Under the pieces are notes generated by a model. It had not been told where the DNA came from. It made no database searches and was given only the letters and a program-made list of their open reading frames with translations. From contig CAWGIE010000036.1 in the NCBI GenBank assembly GCA_963822585.1, positions 32,001 through 96,000 of the forward strand: 64,000 nucleotides of DNA, written 5' to 3'. Both the position numbers and the translations under genes were made by a program. Each line of letters starts with the position of its first letter. Within the stretch, counting starts at the first letter, position 1. This DNA is from an uncultured bacterium. Its GTDB lineage: Bacteria; Auribacterota; Erginobacteria; Erginobacterales; Erginobacteraceae. Positions 59,110-64,000 of the stretch are shown here, in pieces.

Positions 59110-60708
59110 TTACCGAGGAGTTCCCTGCAGATGGCTGAGATATTCCCCGGCGGCCTCTTTGACCGTGATCTCCTTTTTGTCTTTTTCAGCCTGGAATATT
59201 TCATCCCCGTAACGACTGCATGCTTTTTCAAGGCATTTCCGGGCGTTGATATGATCGCCGGTTAAGTAATAACATTGGCCGGCCCGGAGGAGAAGATTCC
59301 CCTGGAGTGGAGAGAAGGGATTGTCTTCGATATCCCGGTGGTAATACTCCAGGGCTTGTTCGTACTTTCCCAGCTGCTGGTTTGCATGCCCCAGAGAATA
59401 GAGGATAACATCGTTAAATTCCGAGTCCGGGAACTCATTCAGGAATTGCGAGAAGTATTCCACCGCCTGTTTATAATCTTTCCGGTAACGATAGTTGATC
59501 ATGGCCAGTCTTAATAACGCCTTCTCTTTAATCGTCTCGTCGCCCGATTGTTCCAGCACTTTCTGATATGCTTCCAGCGCCTTGTCGTACCTTCCCAGAC
59601 GCTCTTCATAGATCCGGGCTACTTCCCACCGTCCGAATATATATTCCGGATCCACGCTGAGAGCGCGGTTGATGTTCTCTACCGCCCCGGCATATTCCCC
59701 CTGATCGTAGAGGTCGGCGCCCCGGGCGAAGTACAAAAGAGCCTCTTCCGAGTGGGGATAGATGGCGGCCGCCGGTTTTTCTCCTTTCCTGCTTTCAGAA
59801 AGGGCCTGGGCGATATCCTCAATCATTTTGATCGAAGTATCGAGAACCTCATCCGGGCCGGCTTGATAGTGAAATGCTCTCTCGATTTCGGTGGTATGAA
59901 CATTGATGATTCTTGAATCGATCCGGAACGTATGGTCGTGGAAAGTGAAACAGCCCGCCACCAGAAGGTCGGCCGGGATGAGGTTAAAGGCTAACCCGTT
60001 TTCTCCGGACAAGACCGAGAGAGCGTGTTCCGCCAGGATCCCTTTCAATTGATCTCTCTCCACCACTTTCAGATTTTGTTCCCGGCCTAATCGTTCTTCC
60101 ATCAGATAGATAATGCCCTTTTGCAACGGGTCATATTCCTTGGCGGAAGAATAATTATTGAAGCCGATGACGGCGACTTCCGTTCCGCTGATTTCTCCTT
60201 CCCGTGATTGGGCATTTTTCTTTTTTAATACATTCGGCTCGATTATCCCTTCCCGGAGCAGATCATCCAGGGCGGAGAGCAGCGGATCGAGATCGAAGGC
60301 CGGCAACACTCGTTCGTATATCTCTGTTCCGGCATCCTTCCGGTCGAGCCGGGTAACGGTTAAACGGATCTTTTTTTCACTCCCGTCTCCTTTCATGAAC
60401 TCTCCGGAGATGATCGCGGCGACCGGGGCGGATGGTTTTATCCCGCCTTCCTCTCCCGAGGATAATCCCCGCTCCTTGTTGATCAAATCCGGACGTTGAC
60501 GCTCGAAGAGATCGATGCCCTGGTATTCCGATAAGCGGGAAACGATCAGGTTGAAGGATAGATTGCCGAGATAATCAAGGCGGGTGTATCCGGTCCGGTT
60601 CTCAAAAGGAACGATCGCTATCCGTAAAGGCTGGGCCGGGACATCCATGGGGATGGATATCGTTATTAGGAGAATGAGGAGAATCGGAATCGGCGCTTTA
60701 TAACCCAT
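59110..60708 (-). CDS. Secreted protein with two CsgG/FlgO-like domains and C-terminal TPRs
   Basis: IAIVPFEN..LFER, VAVIGFNN..VVERDQLKGILAE; TPR helices. The track N-terminus (PLTPALSP) is repeat-derived. Confidence 0.82.
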   Translation of the reverse strand: MGYKAPIPILLILLITISIPMDVPAQPLRIAIVPFENRTGYTRLDYLGNLSFNLIVSRLSEYQGIDLFERQRPDLINKERGLSSGEEGGIKPSAPVAAIISGEFMKGDGSEKKIRLTVTRLDRKDAGTEIYERVLPAFDLDPLLSALDDLLREGIIEPNVLKKKNAQSREGEISGTEVAVIGFNNYSSAKEYDPLQKGIIYLMEERLGREQNLKVVERDQLKGILAEHALSVLSGENGLAFNLIPADLLVAGCFTFHDHTFRIDSRIINVHTTEIERAFHYQAGPDEVLDTSIKMIEDIAQALSESRKGEKPAAAIYPHSEEALLYFARGADLYDQGEYAGAVENINRALSVDPEYIFGRWEVARIYEERLGRYDKALEAYQKVLEQSGDETIKEKALLRLAMINYRYRKDYKQAVEYFSQFLNEFPDSEFNDVILYSLGHANQQLGKYEQALEYYHRDIEDNPFSPLQGNLLLRAGQCYYLTGDHINARKCLEKACSRYGDEIFQAEKDKKEITVKEAAGEYLSHLQGTPR

Positions 60709-60716
60709 ATAAATAT

Positions 60717-60828
60717 GGTTCACTTCCATTTTGTGTGGGTGATTATCTATATGATTGATCTTTATCAAACGAAGCCCAGTCCCCTTTTCTCCCTCTCCCC
60801 TTTTAGGGGAGAGGGCCGGGGTGAGGGG
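60717..60828. repeat. Partial copy of the 63557 MITE-like element with a CCCCTCACCCC-type palindrome
   Basis: GGTTCACTTCCATTTTGTGTGGGT matches 63557-63580; TCCCTCTCCCCTTTTAGGGGAGAGGGCCGGGGTGAGGGG. Confidence 0.65.
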
Positions 60829-60873
60829 TTTGGCATTTTTCTTGGTCGATAGCACGAGCGAGAATAAAACTGA

Positions 60874-62451
60874 CTATTGCCCGATATACGTGCCCACTTC
60901 CCTCCCTGAGGGAGAGATGGGGGTGTGTTCCTTGATGTAATCGACGACGATATCGGCTATCTGCTCGTCCCGGAGAGTGATGTCCTGGCAGATACCGCCG
61001 ACGCCCAGATACCCGCCATTGTAGAGATAGCTGTTGACCGCGAAGGAATAATCGCGGTCCTCCTCGATCTCCTTGCCGCTGATGGTAATGTGCTTGACCC
61101 ACATGGTGGGGGATCGGGTGATCTTCATCCCGGCGATATACGTCCAGGGAACGGGCGGGTCGGAAGCATGGTGGCTGTAAAAAAGCGGGAAACGGTAGAG
61201 ATCTTTCCCCTTGATTTTAAAGGTAACCAGCCGGTTCTTGAAGGGCAGGGCGTCCTGGACGTCGCGCACTTTGATCGGACCTTTTTTGATATGGCGGCGG
61301 AGAGCGCCCAGATTTTGAATCCCGACGTCGGTTCCGGCAAACTGACGCATCGCCTCGCAGACCAGCGTGCCCAATGATGAGTTCCAGTCGGCGTCCCAGT
61401 CCGTAGTCAGATCGCCGGTGGCGTACCCGATGACCTCCTGCAGTTTCTTCCCCACCACTTCGAAATAAATGTCGGCGTATTTGCTGACGAATTTCTTGAT
61501 CTCCGGGTCTTCCTCCACCTCTTTCAGGTTCATGAAATATCTTTCGAAACGGGTGGAGGTTATCCGCCGATTCTTCACGTCATAGTCCAGGTCGATTCTT
61601 CCCACGGCAAAGTCGCTGTCCACCTCGGGGAAGACGTAGGTATCTTTGATCCTCTCCGGCCGGGGAAGCGTATACTCTCCGACGTAAAACCCGTCCCATC
61701 CGGCCGCGCCGTCGATCAGAACGTCAATTCCTTCGGTCAGCAACGCCGTCGTCCTGTAGTTATCGCTGTCGGTGTGGTCCATGGAGACGATTAAATCCAC
61801 TCCTTTGGCTCTCATTTCTTTGATATATTTGCTTACAATCGGTATGGCGGGGCGGGCCTCCAGGCCTTCGTTCCTGGTTGGATCGAGCCAGAACTCTAAT
61901 TCATGCTGGGCGTAGCCGATGATGCCGATTTTCAAGCCTCCGGCTTCGACGATAGTATATGGTTTTAAATAACTCGGGGGTTCGTCGGTCCCCTCTTTAA
62001 ATGTATTCGCGTTCAGAAACGGGAAAATGGCGTTTCCCGACATCTCTTTTACGGCGTCCGTCCCCAGAGTCCAGTCGAGATTCGACACGGTAATCGAGTT
62101 GTATCCCATCCGGTTCATAAAATCGATGCTCACCCGCCCCTGAAAAAAATTCGCCTCCGAGCTTCCGGTCAGGGAGTTGCCGCCGTCGAGGAGAAGAAAG
62201 ATCCCTTTCTTGGCCGCGACTTCTTCTCTCGTTTTGCGGATATAATGGGCGATGGCGGCGTACCCGCCGTACCGATCGCCGATCGTTATCTTCAGGTCGG
62301 TAAATACCCGCCCCTCGTAAACCTTGTAGGGGAGAAACGAACCTTTATTTCCGGCGGTATAAAGGATCGTGATCGGGATGGTATCTTCCGCGGCAAGGAG
62401 GGGAGAGATCCAGCTGAAAGACAAAAGCAGGATGAGTATTCTATTCATCAT
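60874..62451 (-). CDS. Secreted 5'-nucleotidase/UshA-fold protein with degenerate metallophosphoesterase motifs
   Basis: Fold-typical segments (PFLNAN, KPYTIVEAGGLKIGIIG, NLGALRR, LPFKN) but metal ligands substituted. Confidence 0.85.
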   Translation of the reverse strand: MMNRILILLLSFSWISPLLAAEDTIPITILYTAGNKGSFLPYKVYEGRVFTDLKITIGDRYGGYAAIAHYIRKTREEVAAKKGIFLLLDGGNSLTGSSEANFFQGRVSIDFMNRMGYNSITVSNLDWTLGTDAVKEMSGNAIFPFLNANTFKEGTDEPPSYLKPYTIVEAGGLKIGIIGYAQHELEFWLDPTRNEGLEARPAIPIVSKYIKEMRAKGVDLIVSMDHTDSDNYRTTALLTEGIDVLIDGAAGWDGFYVGEYTLPRPERIKDTYVFPEVDSDFAVGRIDLDYDVKNRRITSTRFERYFMNLKEVEEDPEIKKFVSKYADIYFEVVGKKLQEVIGYATGDLTTDWDADWNSSLGTLVCEAMRQFAGTDVGIQNLGALRRHIKKGPIKVRDVQDALPFKNRLVTFKIKGKDLYRFPLFYSHHASDPPVPWTYIAGMKITRSPTMWVKHITISGKEIEEDRDYSFAVNSYLYNGGYLGVGGICQDITLRDEQIADIVVDYIKEHTPISPSGREVGTYIGQ

Positions 62452-62497
62452 CTTAGCTGTTCCTGGCCGGGCCAAAGACTGGGGCATGAGAAAAAAC

Positions 62498-63526
62498 TCA
62501 GTCCTGACCTGACTGTTCCCAATTATTCAGCATCTCGGGAATGAGCGTGGTGGCGATATCGATGGTGGCGTTCTTCAGCGCGGTCTTGGCGGCGATCCCT
62601 TCGGCCAGGTCCACCGCCGTCTCGGTCTTCCTCCCGATCGCCAGGATGCGGGCGGTGGAGGTGTCGATCGCCCTGATCTCCACCCGGGCTTTGCTCGTGA
62701 TCAACGAACCGGTGCGGGCGGCGAATTCACTGAAGGCCTCCCCGATCAGGATTACGTCCACCCGTTTGGTGAGTTGGGGCGGTTTTATGGTGCTGTCCTC
62801 CAGGTAGGAGCGGGCCCAATCGCTCAGGACCTCGTCGCCCTGCTGGACAACCTCGAATCCGCACTTTTGCAGGATATAGATCATCTCCGTCTCGGCGGCG
62901 GGATCGATCACGCGCCGGTCGATATGTTCCTCACGAATCCCTACCGAAATCAATGGCAGCTTCTTTCCCTTCATTTTCTCGCGGAGGAGGGCAATCCGGT
63001 CCTCTTGCGGCAGGGGTTCGGGTAAAAGCTCAGCCCGCTTATCTTCTATGGTTTTGGTGATCTTATCGGCGATCTGATCGATCAGGGCGGTCAGCTTTTC
63101 CGTGAGGGGACCTTTAACAACGTCTCCAAAGACACGGGTAGTCTCGGTCCCGATGATCTTGGATACGATCACCAGCTCGCCATCGATAGGGAACGCCCTC
63201 CCGGTAACCAGTATCTTGGCGCCGATCACCCGGCCGACCTGGACGGCTTGAGCTTCATCCACGATCCCGGTCTTGCTCAGCCCCATTTCGGCCAGGATTT
63301 TTTTTATCTCGGCCCGCTCCACCGTCTTCAGGTTCGGGTTGGCGGAGAGGTAGGCGGTCACCATGTCCGCGATCTTCGGGCCCAAATTGTCGATGCCGGA
63401 TTCCGTGGTCTCGAAATCGAAAACGCCGACGCTGACCGGCTCGGCGGCTTCCGCGCAACGGCAGACCAGGTTGGATACCGGCATCAGCACCGACAGCACG
63501 ATGACTATTCCCGCTACCTTTTTCAT
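62498..63526 (-). CDS. Secreted CsgG/HfaB-like domain protein
   Basis: SD GGAGG; signal peptide; VGVFDF..VERAEIKKILAEM..AVQVGRVIGAKILVTG. Confidence 0.85.
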   Translation of the reverse strand: MKKVAGIVIVLSVLMPVSNLVCRCAEAAEPVSVGVFDFETTESGIDNLGPKIADMVTAYLSANPNLKTVERAEIKKILAEMGLSKTGIVDEAQAVQVGRVIGAKILVTGRAFPIDGELVIVSKIIGTETTRVFGDVVKGPLTEKLTALIDQIADKITKTIEDKRAELLPEPLPQEDRIALLREKMKGKKLPLISVGIREEHIDRRVIDPAAETEMIYILQKCGFEVVQQGDEVLSDWARSYLEDSTIKPPQLTKRVDVILIGEAFSEFAARTGSLITSKARVEIRAIDTSTARILAIGRKTETAVDLAEGIAAKTALKNATIDIATTLIPEMLNNWEQSGQD

Positions 63527-63556
63527 GATCTCTCCTCCCTTTTTTGATTTATTTTC

Positions 63557-63836
63557 GGTTCTCATCCATTTTGTGTGGGTAAGTGGCAGTTTGCCATATT
63601 ATCTCGAAGACTGAAATTTGAATAAGCAGGTTATAAAGATGCCACCCTCCCCCTAACCCCCTCCCATCCAGGGAGGGGGAATCGGACTGGCCCCGGCCCT
63701 CCTCCCGTGATTAAGGCTGACCCCGGTACTCCTCCCCCCTTGATGGGGGGAGGTTGGGAGGGGGGTGATCAGCAAGGCTCGAAAATCAGCTATCATATAT
63801 ATTGATGAATTTATTCATACAAAATGGGAGAGAACT
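63557..63836. mobile_element. MITE-like element with about 21-bp imperfect terminal inverted repeats and internal C/G-rich palindromic pair (63642-63768)
   Basis: GGTTCTCATCCATTTTGTGTG ... CATACAAAATGGGAGAGAACT. Confidence 0.6.
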
Positions 63837-63840
63837 CTTG

Positions 63841-64000
63841 TTAATTAAATCTCCGAGAAGGCATTGTTATATAGCGCAGCATATTGGCGAGGAGGATCCC
63901 CGCTACCGGCTCACTCGAAAAGGATTCGCAGACCGGAAGCTGGCAGAAAAGTACCGGCCGGCCGTCGAGGTTGTCTTCCAGGAGCAGCGAGCCTTCCCGG
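63841..64000 (-). CDS. 3' end of an upstream hypothetical gene (partial, likely frameshift near 63900)
   Basis: ..GRPVLFCQLPV..EPVA then, in a shifted frame, ILLANMLRY..*. Confidence 0.4.
   Translation of the reverse strand, partial: REGSLLLEDNLDGRPVLFCQLPVCESFSSEPVAGILLANMLRYITMPSRRFN

Noticed and set aside
60709..60855. N-terminal extension MLSTKKNAKPLTPALSP of the TPR protein
   Set aside because: Derived from a palindromic repeat; the signal peptide starts downstream. Similar repeat-derived extensions were removed from hypA and the NtrC-like gene
1..64000. Apparent abundance of CGATCG/GCGATCGC (HIP1-like)
   Set aside because: Cannot be separated from codon usage (ATC) without a Markov-model count

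Overview
Bacterial chromosomal window with GC-rich coding DNA and AT-rich spacers; no rRNA, tRNA or CRISPR array was recognised. The left end holds a giant secreted DUF11-type protein (partial, missed by the ORF track). It is divergent from a CHASE2 histidine kinase / sigma-54 activator / Fn3-like / LysM-FecR signalling module that has two clean sigma-54 promoters. The middle is mostly housekeeping (aroK, aroC, pilD, aroE, leuA, ilvN, ilvB, ilvD, alr, tsaB, tsaE, thiL, rmlC, mtnA, apbE, surE, dtd, cutA, ispA, hypA, hypB, rnz, pncB, mntH), plus an ECF sigma/anti-sigma/VWA locus. The right end has a CsgG-like/TPR cluster containing a 5'-nucleotidase-fold protein that has lost its catalytic residues. 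The most striking signal is non-coding: most intergenic gaps hold small gene-less elements. These include inverted arms built from 6-9 bp tandem units, GTAG-type REP doublets, two dispersed 210-240 bp structured repeats, triloop hairpins on start/stop codons, and 15-bp micro-palindromes inserted at exact sites. Many of them sit inside a shared wrapper, AAnTTAGC+hairpin ... TTTATTGAAATTCCGAAACAG, which also forms tandem arrays like cassettes. Several single-base frameshifts are probably sequencing or assembly errors. Product calls rest on motif recognition only; no searches were run.
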